Below, in pieces: positions 28,201-41,500 of a stretch of DNA of 64,000 nucleotides. Source of the stretch: Seison nebaliae (taxonomy: Eukaryota); NCBI GenBank assembly GCA_023231475.1, contig JALJEE010002162.1, positions 1 to 64,000 on the forward strand, written 5' to 3'. Position numbers and translations under genes: made by a program. Every line of letters begins with the position of its first letter. Position 1 is the stretch's first letter. The notes beneath the pieces are model-generated. The model did not search any database, was not told where the DNA came from, and was given only the letters and a program-made list of their open reading frames with translations.

Positions 28201-29086
28201 CCTAGAACTTTTCGAAGTGTTTTCTCTGGTCAACAAAACAGACTACTCCTCAACTCTCCGCATTAAATAGAGTTCACTAGTTTTCGTGTGGAATAAAATT
28301 GACTTTTGATTATTAAATATTGAAGATTAAATATTAAATTAACATTGATCGAAGACGATCAAACTTACAATTGTTCATAAATTTACGATTGATCAAAAAT
28401 TTAGAATATAACATGATAATATTATGACGTATTTTAAATCATTCTTTGGAACTTATTTCAATTTTAAAATGTCAAAAACTGACAAAAATTGAAATTGAAA
28501 TGATGGAAGTGACCTAATAATTTATTAGAGTTTTAAATTACCAATCTGTCGCGCAATTTTTCTTGTAACATTTAATGTTCCATCCAATTAATATTCACAA
28601 ATGAAATAAGAAAATTCTGATTCTGCTAAAACAACTTTTACATATTGAAATAAACATGATATAAATAGAATTACGAGTATCGATATTTTTGATAAAAGAA
28701 TATGAACAATGTAATTGATTTGCAGAATTAAGTTCTTCTTCATCTTTATGGTTAAATTTTGATTTTAAAATCGACGATTCTTTGTAAACGTCGAACGGTA
28801 TAATATTGCAAATGTGATGAATGAGGAAAAATGAAAATTATCAACAAAAAGGAAAAGAAAGAAGGATTTATATTGATGAAATATATTGTAAGGACGAGTA
28901 GAAAGGCTGAAGTGTTATGAAAATGTTTTGCTTTAAAAGTAAAGGAAATTAGAGAGTAAATTAAAAATTGCGGCTTAATGATAAGCCGAAGGGATTATTG
29001 TGGAAAATCAAAAAATTCGATTATCGGTGGTGAAGTTGCGGGAATCTGTTTCAAATAGATCAAATAGTTTCTGATTGATTGTCAAG

Positions 29087-30558
29087 ATGTTCCATAAGGA
29101 GTTATATGATGCGTTGGAGATTCATAAGAATTTCTTTGAGAATAATACATTGAAGGATCTGGCGTCAGATCCAGAAGAATTAGTCCAAAGTATATTCTCT
29201 GTAATTCCCCCTGAATCTCTCGCCAACATTATTCCGAAAAGCCTTTTAGTTATTATTTTTCATTTGTTTCTATCTCTCTCTTTCTATTTTGTTCTTTCCA
29301 AATTTAAATTTCTTCATTTTTTACAATTAGACAAATTATTTTCTCTTAAATAATCTCTTAAATTTTCTTTCTTTCTCCAAATTATTAGAAAGAAAAAAGT
29401 GAAGATTTGGAAGCGAATTGTCTGAAAGAACTCAAACAATTGAGCACAGAAACAATTTATGATTTGTTAAAATGTGTGGAGAACAATCAAAACAATCATT
29501 CAGAGAATGTCGCGGGAACGGGCGGTGGTGGATTTGTATTCCCAAAAGCCTTTCTAGAAATTAAAGCGTTGAATGTGAACGTTTCTGATGCATCATCGAA
29601 TGGAATTCTGGGGAAGATCAATGAAAATGAAAAGTTCTTGAAAGAAGAATGTGAACAATTGAAGGAAGAAGAAGATCGATTAATTGAGGAGGTAAAAGAA
29701 TTGAAAGAGAATGAATTTCAATTGAAACTCTCATTTCTAACTACCATCAAAGAAATATTCGAATCTTTAAAAAAACGGAAATGGATAAATCAGATTTATG
29801 GTAGTTGGTTATTATATGACGAGGAGAAAATTAACGAATTTTATGATGATCTGATGAATGACAAAATAGTAATGAATGAATTGGATATTGATCGGTTTAT
29901 AAGAGATAAGAGAGTGGAAGTGAAAAAAGTGAATGAGAAAAAGATTGAAGAGAATGAAGAGATTCAATCAATTCAACAAGAAGAACGTCCTCTACTCAAC
30001 AGGAAGAGAAAGACGAAATATGTCGATTTCGATACGATGGAAAATCAATTTCAAATGATCGATTTCAATCAACCACAAATGAATATGGATTTGGGAATTG
30101 AGGAGAATATCGAAATTTTCCCCTATTCCGTCGAAGATTCATTTTCACCGCCTCAAATATTTGATTATAAAATCGATGAACAATTCCTTGAACAATTCGA
30201 AGAGATGATGATTCGTTGTTCGGATGAAAATGAAGAATTACTCGCGAATGAGAAACGTCGACGATTGATGAATTTGAAGAATGAAGAATTGAATGATGAT
30301 TATATAGTCCAACAAATCATTCAATTAGATGATGAAGCTGATGAAGCGAATGTAATAGTGGATGATTGTATCAATCGCTTATTAGATGCGAATGAAGATA
30401 ATTTCAATAAATTGTCAATCGATTCCGATGTATCCGAACAATTGGAATTAGTTCGGAAAGATCTTCTTCAACAATTCTCCACTGATCAAGAAATGGTGAA
30501 CGAACTGCTGAAATTACTTGGCGAGAATTTGAATTTCGATCGAACTGTTCTAAAGTAA
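29087..30558 (+). CDS. CAAP1: CAAP1-domain-like protein with acidic coiled-coil C-terminal region. Exons 29087-29248 and 29389-30558; ~443 aa
   Basis: Two ORFs joined in phase 0 by a 140-nt intron (TTA|GTTATT...attag|AAA). The joined segment ELVQSIFSVIPPESLANIIPKSLLKEKSEDLEANCLKELKQLSTETIYDLL follows the CAAP1 domain pattern as recalled, not searched. RKRKTK is NLS-like. Confidence 0.6.
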
Positions 30559-30872
30559 AAAAACAAATAAATTATTTTTCATTCAATTTTCATTTCCTTT
30601 CTCGTTTCTCTCATATTTTAAATGGAAATTAAATTAATTAATCATTTTATTTTAATCAATCTTTCAATATCGTCATCAATGAATTCTTATCACTCTTTGA
30701 CTTTCATTCATAAGAAATACTTTCAATCTGGTAGTAGATGGTGGTGAGGAGAAAGATTGATGATAATTTTAATTTAAATATAATAAGAATAATTATCGAT
30801 TGGAATTTATGTGATGGAAATTGGAAGTGTTTAAAATGGAATTTTTAATAAAATAAAATAATCATTTGGAAA

Positions 30873-33423
30873 TTATTTGGAGATGTTTTTCATTTTACGA
30901 TTAGGCAGTTGTTGAACGGTTCGTACGATTCCATATAAAATGTTTGGTAATTGTTCATTTTGGTTATTTTGATTCATTTTCAATAATAAATGATTAGACT
31001 AATGAGGAGAGAATGTGAGGAATGAGATAGATGTGATGGATGATAAAAGGAAATCTAACGACACGATTGGGAGAAGTGGAAGCAATGATTGTATTTGATG
31101 GGAATCCTAATTTGGAAGTTGCATGTCTCTTCTTAATTTGTTTGTAGTTCTGTCTCAATTTATTCATATCCGTTGTCATATTATCAGCAAAAGATGGAAC
31201 CGGTTTATTAGTCGGAGAAGTTTCAGGCAATGAGGATGGAACGTGGAAGGAATTACTACGATTATTTTTGAAGATATTTGAAGGAAAAAGATGTTGGAAG
31301 AAGAGTTTCGACGACTGATTTTGAATGTTATTGTCATGATCTTCTGAATAATTTTGATTTGACTCCGTCACCTTATCACCATCATCAAATAAAGGTGAAT
31401 TGCATAGGGGTGATTTTGGGGAATGAGATGAAACTGAAGTAACAGCAATTGAATTACTTCGATTTGGTGATGTCATTGTGGAAGTGACTGTCTTTTCTGA
31501 ACGGAATGGAATTTGTTGTAGAAAAGATTGTCGTCGTTCTTCAATTAGTTCATCGGCCAGATCGTTATCACCGTTAAAGGATGAATCAATGATTTGATCG
31601 ATCGAATGTTTCTTACCTATTGATGAATCGATCGTATGATCTGACAAGGTAGAATAAATATCGAAATCGTCCTTCTTTTTCGAAGATTTGAATGGGAAAC
31701 TTCTTCTTTTATTATTTGCTGATTTTAATTTATCCTCCACATTTCCATATTGGTGATGTTGCGAGTTATTGTGATGAACGGTTGACGAGGAAGAGGAGGA
31801 GGAAGAAGAAGTGATAATATTGCATGAATAATATTCTCGTAATTGCCTCGTATAATGACGATAAATTGATGATTGTCGACAAATTATTGGGAGAAGTTCA
31901 TTCGTTTTCAAAATCCTTCCATTCGCTATCTCGTTCGTCAGTTTTCCCATTAACATATAAAAATCGTTCGATGTTTTTGTTTGAAGTAGGGCCGATTCGA
32001 GATGACCCCATATGGCACAAGCCACACCCAATAATATATGAGAACCATCGATCAATACCATATCCCAAACACGTAGAGTCGTCTCCGTCGACAATGCAGT
32101 GGCGAAGAGTGTAAGGAACCATTGGATGGCGAAAGCATTGATCAATGGCGGTTCATATCTCTTAACAATCGTATTCTGTTGTTGATTGACAGAAGTAGAA
32201 GTAGCGAATGGTTGTAAGAAGGATTGAGAAGATTCACGTTGTAATTGATCCAAATGACATGAAAGTGAAGGTAAACGATGACGTAATAATCGTTTCAATA
32301 CTGCCAAATCAACAGCTAAAGCTCTCATCGTATTCGCATAATAGCCATCAGGAAGCAGGATGTCAATCAAATAAATCATAATTAATAATGCATCTTTCTC
32401 TCGACCATTCACCACACGAAGGAGGAAAGCAGCAATGACATTGAAACCTTGACAATATCCAATTTTTGCATTCCATCTCGCATAGCCAAGTAGCACACGT
32501 TGTAACGCTGCTCGATCATTCTCCGTCACCGAACAAATCTGACCTGTTCGATGAAGATCTTTTATGATTTGCACTCCCAACTCCTCGTCATATGGTGTCA
32601 TTTTCTCACTGAAACATACGTCAATGATTTCTTGGAATTTACTGTCTGGTAATTTTCTTTTCACCAATTCTACCCAAATTGTCGCTCTCAATTCATTGGG
32701 TATTCCTTCGCCAATACGACACATGACACGCAATGCATCCTTCCACCGCACGAACTCGCCCTCTGTCATCTGTCCGACATTTCCCAGTGAAAAACTAATT
32801 TTCGCATCTTCTGCTAAAAATTGACGGGAATAAGTAGACGGAAAAAAGAATTATAGAAATTTTTTTTCATAAAAACTAAATCTTACATTTCTTATCAGTT
32901 GCTGCTTGAAGCATTGCTGTGATGATTTCACATAAATTCCTTCGACGTTTCAATGCACGATCTCTCGTCTTCAAATGTTTCACAAGAACTAGAGAAATTT
33001 GATTTAGTTTCACTTGTAAGTTCTTCTTCGCTAACAACAATTCTTCTAGTGCTAACAAATTGATAAAATGACATATTAATGACATAAGAAGAAAAAAACG
33101 AAACTAAATCCATTTAAATTTTGTGGTGTATAAGAACAAAAGACATGGTCGATGATGGAAGTCGATAATTTCTCCGAATTAACATCATTTCCCGTTTGTT
33201 GATGGTCGGTGTAGATGTCACTCTCGAAACTTGAGGGGAAATTGCAATTGCCCAATCGATCGTAGATATTATGAATGAAATCGGAAATTGTATAAAGTCG
33301 ATTTCTTTCATCTTCTTCGATTGACGATCGACCTTCCGAATCGCAATTATCACATGAATGTCTCCCGACACTTTTCGAATGAGCGTCACTCTCTTCAGAA
33401 TTTGTTAAGTTTCTCAACATCAT
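30873..33423 (-). CDS. TBC1D30: TBC1 domain family member 30-like Rab GTPase-activating protein. Exons 33423-33105, 33051-32887, 32813-31060, 30998-30873; ~787 aa
   Basis: TBC catalytic fingers IIKDLHRT and GYCQG, plus GIPNELRATIW, YEPPLINAFAIQWFLTLFAT and a terminal NHLLL motif typical of TBC1D30. Three GT-AG introns (53, 73, 61 nt) keep the frame. Confidence 0.88.
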
Positions 33424-34136
33424 TTGATGCTATAACGATGACTAATTAGTTATTTTGTGATCTCTCAATGAACATGTTGAGCAAATGAAGTTCCTTTTAT
33501 CGTCTTCGAACTTCCAGGAGGGATGATAAACAAAAAGAAACGTTAAAGAAAAATTAAAGTTTCTTCTTTTCTGTCAATTTCTTTCTTGACAACAATAATA
33601 ATAGAAATAAAACAGGAATAGAAGAATTATATCATTTAATGTGATATGATGTGAATATGATGTAACGTGGAATATGTGGAAGGACGGCGTAGCGAGCTAT
33701 TTTATGCCTATATGAACAAGATGATATAGTAGCATCTGTCAACTCTTTTTCTTTCTTTTCACTTCACATCGTCATGACCTTCCAGATCACACAACAAATC
33801 AACAATAACTTTTCTCCCAATTCTTTTTAATTCGATAATAAAAATTATTGAAAATGAGACAACATATTTCTAAATATTTTCTTCTTTTTCACTTCTTCCG
33901 ACTCGCGGCTAATAATCAGAAAACTATGTTCAAAATAACTCAATGAAAGAAAATGTAAAAAGTCAAATATTAACTATAAATTTCCTTCTACTTTTATTAT
34001 CTCCCTATCACCTTACCTAGCACATCCTCTAACCAAAATATAATTAAAACTTTCACTTCACCTCTACAAACACACATGGCAGTTTGTGCATGTGAATTCT
34101 CAACAGCCGCTTCATATTCAACGTTGAAATATTCTC

Positions 34137-34168
<32 letters not shown>

Positions 34169-34195
34169 ATTGTTATAATAATTATTATTATTATC
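34137..34195. repeat. (TTA)n microsatellite
   Basis: Direct reading. Confidence 0.9.
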
Positions 34196-35506
34196 ATTCC
34201 TATCAAAAAAAAGAAGAGAATTTTCAAAAAAAACTAAACTTGATAATAATGATAATATTTTTCGAATTTTTTCCTTCGTATTTCCTACCTTTTAAAAAGA
34301 ACATGAAAACTGTCAATTTGAGCTCTTTCGACTAATTTTTGAAGTGAAATAATTTCTAAATCAAAAATTCTTCAAACACAACAATGATCAATTCAAATTT
34401 CTAGTTTTCATTGTTGTACGTGAATGGGAAATATCGGTATTTATAAACAACCAATAAATTTTAATATTTTTCTTATTAAAAAAAATCTTCAATTTTTCAT
34501 TTTCTTTTTCTTGAACACTTCCCAAAAAATGAACTGGAACATAAATTAATTTATTGCAGAAATAAATTGACAGAGTGAATTTGTTTAATTTAAAATAAAT
34601 TTTAGTTGTTCAACACAATCGACAAACTATTTCGTGCATATACAATTTCGAACAAAATTTTGAAAAATCAATCGACTATAATTTTAACAAAGTTCAATCA
34701 AATGTTTAAAGTAAATATATTTAAACAAATTTATTCGAATTTTTCAATAATTTTCAATTTACCATCTAACTAGTTTTTAATTGAATACTTTAAGAAAATT
34801 TTTATTGATTCGATTCAGGTTTGTACTCATTGTCAGTGAAATAATAAGTTCATATTAATTTTTAAAAGACTTTTAAAATATTTGTTTAACATTAGAGCAT
34901 TGAAAACGTGCAGTAACTATTTAACATATCTTTCGATATCTAAATGTTTAATTTAAAAGATGGAGAAAGAATTAGATGGAATCGAGCATGGAAAAAATTA
35001 TGGATAAAGTTCGATGCAGTTTTGTTCTTGTGCAATCGGAATTAGTAGATATGGAGACAATATAATTTTAATACTTGTTTGTGCACAATTCAATTTGGTG
35101 CCGATGTACGTGCTGATCTAAACATGGCACAGGAAGGAGAAGTAAATGAAGCAGAATTTATAATTTAGTCTAATCATAGTTCACAGTCTTTAACAAGTTG
35201 GACGGTTGTTGCTGAGAAATTAGTTTTTCCTCTTCATTTCATCCGAAGTTAGTGCGAGAAAACTTTAAATATTCGCTGCAACGTATCGTCTTTAATAACA
35301 TCCTAGCAATCTCTTTATCCATCTAACGTAGTTTTATGCAATTCTATCTATCAGATTATTCTATCACTCTTCCTCTTCTCCAATCTCTTTTACCAAAAGC
35401 AACATAGTTTCACTTCTTTTAATTTGTTTTTCTCATCGTCTGAAAGTTTTTATTTGAACTTGTTCACCAAGTTCCTCCTATACCAAAAGATTATCCAGTG
35501 AAGGAG

Positions 35507-35539
35507 GTGTGTATGTGTGTGTGTGTGTGTGTGTTGTGT
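35507..35539. repeat. (GT)n microsatellite
   Basis: Direct reading. Confidence 0.85.
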
Positions 35540-38500
35540 CTATGTTTATCTGCAAAGTTTTTTTGTGCATCAATCAATTTGTCGATTCCATGCAGTTTAT
35601 GGGGAAAGATTGAAGAAGAAGAAAAAATAAGTTTGTAATATGTTTCGTTCGTTATTCCTTTTATCTCTGTCTGAAGATTATTATTTCTTTCCCCAATCAA
35701 ATGGATGTGTGCATCTGTTTGTGTATGTATGTGCGCGCGGAATCAGATAAAAGTTGAGGAAAAAATTTGTTGTAAATTCGAAAAATTCGAACTACCTCAT
35801 TCAATTTCCATTATCATTTCTTTGTGATTATTGAATTATGAGGATTTGTTTTCTATGTGTAACAATTTCCGCTCTAGTTACTTTTCGCGCTTATTGGAAA
35901 TCATGTATGCACGAAATACAAATATCTTTTTCGATTTCATCTATTCCACATTAGAATTATGCGATTGTATAAGGATGAGTTTCGTCGATGCACCATCCGA
36001 CATTCGATGTTCTTTTACAAGTCGGCACCATTATGTGGCGGAATGTAGAGAGTGGTATGTGTATATGTAAGGATGGAAATTATTAGATAAACATAGATTG
36101 ATTATTTTCTCATATTCTCAGATCACTGACTACTATCCTCATTTTCTAATTTCCATTTGAGATTGGAGATGAATAAAGAAATAAAATATAAATTAAAACT
36201 TCTCATTCCTTAGAAAGGGATTTAGCCTTCGTTTGCCGTTAGAACGATCCGATTCAATCAGTTCTCCTCTCTCCGGAAATTTCAATAATTTTCGAAAATA
36301 ATTTTCTTTCAATTTCTTATTCCATTTCTTTCATTATCTATTAGTCGTTCCTTTCATTCTCGTTCAACTTTCTCGTTTCGGTACGCGAGGAAAGCAGCAA
36401 TATAAATAGAAGTTGAATTAGTAAAAAATAAAGAGAATTTTTCTCCTTTTTCTTTCTAGGATACACGATGAGATAATTGATGACAAATTGAGACCAAAGT
36501 AAATATTTGCACATCGACAAAATTTAAATAAAAATTGTTGATCATATAGATGAGAAGTAATTTTGGAAGATGTCGAAGAGAAAGCAACCGAATAAGACAA
36601 AAGATACATTTACTTTATTCTTTTCTTCTTCAACTTCTTGCCAAAAATTTAATTTTCAGCCAAAATATAAACTACGAATATAAATGATGTAATAATACTT
36701 CAAACGTTTCCATTATTCATTAATTTCCTTTTCACGCAACTAAACTTCATCAATTACTTCGCTCTATCTTCCCATCGCTAAAGTACTACTTATCTTCTAA
36801 TATTGGAGCAATTATTCTTCTTTCACACGATTTTAATTCAAATGACCTTTATCCAACATCAATCGTTTGCTCCTTCATTCCCATCAAATCCTTCAATTTC
36901 CATTCACTATTGAAATTGAGCGAGAATGTTCGGAGAACTTCATGCTTTTTTCTCATTTACTTATCAATAGTAATACAAACTACTTAACATACGTTTTAGG
37001 CCTAAACAGAAAAAATCGCGGTTTATCTTGAAAACTCTTTTTAGGAAATTTCCAAAATTATTAACATTGTAAATATGATTTTAAGTAAGTTTTACGATGG
37101 GAATTTTGACGGAAAATTGGAAATACTTAGAAAAAGTTACGAGCTTAGTAGACTTGAAGGATAAAGGAAGGTTGATTTGGAATTGAAATTTTTTGTGCAC
37201 CATCTATCAATAATTTATGTAAATATTCCTAATTTGTCTATTTATCAAATCAGCGTAAGATGGTACTTGATGAACTGGACTTTTTCCGTATATATTCTCT
37301 TTGAAATCGATCCTCCCAATTATTTTCGATAGAAAATGCAAGAACATTAAGATCGTTAACGTTTTATTCTTTCCCATTCTGTCTTCTTCATCTCAACAAA
37401 ATTAGTGGAATCTCACCCGGCAAACTTTTGTGTCATCTCCGAGTAGTTGAGGGAGGAGGGAGAGAAAAGAGAAAACTAAAAAAGTTTTGTTTTCTTCCAA
37501 TTTCCCCACGAAAATGTAGATACGTCAAAATTTAATTTGCATAAAATAAATTTAATTTCGTATCATTCTTTCTCAATTCGAACAAATGATAAGTGGCGAG
37601 AAGAGAAGTACAACAACTTTCAATATATTGTTCTACTCACCCAATAATACTCCTTCTCTTTTGCTGCTTTTTTCCCAACGAACAAGAAAGAGTTTATCGT
37701 CCAAAATCTAGATTCTCCCTTCTAGGATCTCTCTTGCACAGCGACAATGGAAAGAGAGAGAGAGAGAGAACAAATTGAATTCGCATTCGCCAATACGAAG
37801 AATTGTCAGAATCATAAGCGAATCTCAAACATCGAATAGAAAATTTTATAGACAACATCAATATCTTCCGTCGATTAAAGAAAATTTGATAAGGAAAATA
37901 ATCGTAGAAATCTTTTGTAGCTTTTCAAATGAGAAAAAAATTAGATAAAATACAAGTGCACCACTTGTTTCTTCATCGATATAAGTAGATGGATTGAGCA
38001 AACTCCCTCAACATACATCATTTGTCGATCTTACAATAACTAAATCGACTTTTACCTTTTCTTTTACCCGAATGAATCCTTGAATTCTTTATGATGGTAC
38101 AACATTAATTTCCTCAACTACTTTTTTAGGATTTCATCATTCTCTACCAAAACCTTTCAACAATCTGTTTATAAAACACATGGAAATCGGAAAATGTTCA
38201 TTTGAAGCTCGAAAATTCTTTCCCAACATTTCCATATGCGGTTAGCCAATTCAATTTCTATTCGATTCATTTTATTTTCATTTTTCCTATTCTCATGGAG
38301 GCATTTATTCTTAGAAATTATTTTAAGGAGAATATTCAAAAAAAATAGAATTGATGAGAAGTTTTTTGAACTATTCAGTAAAAATTTTTCAGTATGACTT
38401 CAAATTTTGTTGAAGTTTCTATTAATTGAGCCATAAATTTTTTAATATTTTACACATTTTTGAAACTTTCAAATTTTCTTAAAAATTATTCTAATGTCAA

Positions 38501-41500
38501 ATCCACTATTCGTTCAAATCAAATCAAGTGTTTAGAATTTTTGGAAGAATTAGTTATTTTTTCTTTCAATTTATAGTTTTTTATGATGGCTGTAGAGAAG
38601 TTTCTGCATCATAAATTCCCACATCGCAATCGAAGAAATATTTATGAGAAACTTAGATAAATGGAAAATTGACTAGTTATGGCGATATCCGTTCGACAAT
38701 ATTTAATCAGGGGAGAGCTATGAAAAGACGAAAATAAAATTGAAATTCACATCATTATAAAGAATGAAATGAATCGTATATCTCAACACAATAAACGAGA
38801 GGAAGAAGAAGTAGTTTAATTCTCTTTCTAACTTGAACAAAAGAGATTTTCATCCGATTCAGCAGGAATTTATCGTCATTCTGACAAAAGCTCATTTGAA
38901 AGAAATATTTTGTTTATTGAACACTCTTAATTATAATGAATAATAAGTGAGGGAATACTTTATTAAGTTGTTTCAACTAACCAGGTTCATGGTCTACCTA
39001 AAACCTAATAGGTATTTCTCACAATGTTCGACTTAGCAATCCGAGAAGATTTATTGAAATTCTTTTAAAATATTTCCAATATTCTTCTTTTCGTCTTCGT
39101 CTCTTGGCGAGAATAAATGATTCTTCAAAGTTCATCGTAACTTATCAAGAGTAGAGGATGGCTAAACCATCTCGACTTCTAATAATTATTTTGCACACAT
39201 AATGTTAGTCTGCTTAAGAGTTTTTGGTAAGGGCAAGTTTGGAAGTTACGACTAATAAAAAGAAGAAAATGAGTATTAAAGTTAAGTATGGAGGTAAATG
39301 TTGGTTGCATAATGAAAAGGAAAATTTCGAAAATGTTAACTAGAGATTAATTAAGAAGAATTTAAATTATTTTCACAAGTAACATAAGTTTATTCTGAAT
39401 TAATTATGAAATGGAGTTTAAGAAATTGGCGAAGAAAGGAAAAAGTTGGTTTGCATAAGAAATTATGATAAACTAATTAATGTTAATTTAAATAATATTA
39501 CTTCACGTAATTGAGTGTGATAGTTTGAAAAGACGAACATCGGAGAATTCCGAGTAGATAATATCGAATGTGAAAGCATGAAAGCGAATTTCATACCATG
39601 TCTTCAATGGGGAATTATGAAGAACAAAATAGACGCAACATGAATGTAAATGAAGACGAAAAGTTTTTGATGATTTTCTTCGCATTCAATTGTTTATAAC
39701 AGATAAATATCTTTAATCTTTTCCTTCTCCTCATTCTTCTATCCACATTACAGTACCTATCCGTTATCGTCTTCTCACCTATCATCAAAACATGGTTTAT
39801 TGAACATGTTCTTCATACAGTTCCTTTAATTCTCATCCTCTTCACCTTTCTTAGTCACACTCCCGCACACAAAAAGAAAGAAAAGGGAAAATAGAATTTT
39901 GTTGAACAGAATGCTAAATTTTCTATCACAATCTAACAGAATTTTCGATAAAATTTTCAGAAATTTAATGAAATTTCCCCTCTTTTCCAACTAATTCAAT
40001 TTCATTACAATCGAACACGGACATTTTGTCTTTTATCCATGTACTCTTCTCAAATTAAATTTAAAGTCAATTCTTTCTCCTTATTACCATGTTTAATTTC
40101 TGTCACACACCGACATTCTCAGTATTTTTCTTATTTTGCATCAAATCTTATTCATAGAGTTTTTTTAACGGAAATTTCTTCATCTACCAAAATGACGATT
40201 TGCTCACTAAACCTTATTAGTAAATTGTTTTAAGCCTAACTTGAACTTTTAGCAAGGAAGATTTATGTATATTACAATAGTCTAAGTAACGGCTTTTTAT
40301 TAATAGGCTTAAAGCGAACCTAATACTATGAAACGGTCATTGGGTTTATAGAGTGGAATGCATGTGCATTTCTCGATCAAGCATACGGAAGCTTAGTGAG
40401 AGATGCGAATCTAAATAATTTCTTCATGAACTACTTTTATTTTATCAAGACTCTTTTAAATTATTCATTTCATCAGAATAATATCTATATGCGTGAATCA
40501 GTTATCATAAATCAAATAATTGACAATTATTTAATTTTAAGTTTGAACAATTCCGATCTCATGTTATACTAATTCGATGTTAACGACATTCCTTGTTTTC
40601 CCATGGTTTCCGTATAGCAAATTCAGATTACGATTCGTCTACCTTTCATAGAATTTCGATAAGAATTTTTAAAAAGGAAAGATATTATTCAAAATTTTAT
40701 TATTTCTTGAACTTTCTAAATTTTCCTCATTAAAATGTTTCTCCATGTTCAAATTAGAATAAATATTTAGAACATATTTAGAAAACATTTCCAGGGAAAT
40801 AACTTCAGGAATTTTCTAAGATGGAAATAATAAGTGAGAAAATAGCCATGATCCCACTTACAATTAATGATCCTACTTTGTTAGAATTCCTCAGTACGGT
40901 TTTTAATCCAGCAACTGTGTATGTGCAACATCTAGTCTGCAAGTAGTTAAATTGGCAGTTTAAATGTTTCACAACATTTAATAGTTAGGGAAGAAGAAAT
41001 TCTTCGTTTGTTCACCGTTTCAATTTAATTACATCTTTAATGATTCAAACATTACTCAAATTCCAAACATTGAAAAGTAGTTAACATCTCTAAATGAAAG
41101 AGGTGAATGAAACAAGAAAAGGAATTCTAATTATAAGTAACTTAATGTCGAAACTTGTTTTTATTAGATTTCCTTCTGCTTAATAAAGGTTAGCAAGCAC
41201 TATGTGTCGCGATTTCAAAAGAAAGTTCGAGTGAGAACTTAATAAAATTAAAATTTTCTAATGATCGATTCCTATAAACAATTTCATCAAATATTTCATT
41301 CAAAGTTTTTCGGAAAAATTCGGAAAATTATGCAATTATTTCAATTGTTCGTTCAAAAAAGTATTAATTTCAGATAAATTCCAATTTTCCCCAATAACTT
41401 TCAAAAAGTTTTTTTTGCGGTTGTGGCTGAAATAATTCTTTTTGAAAAGAATTTTTTCTCTATTTTTAGCACTATGTTTTTTATCATGAATACGATATCA

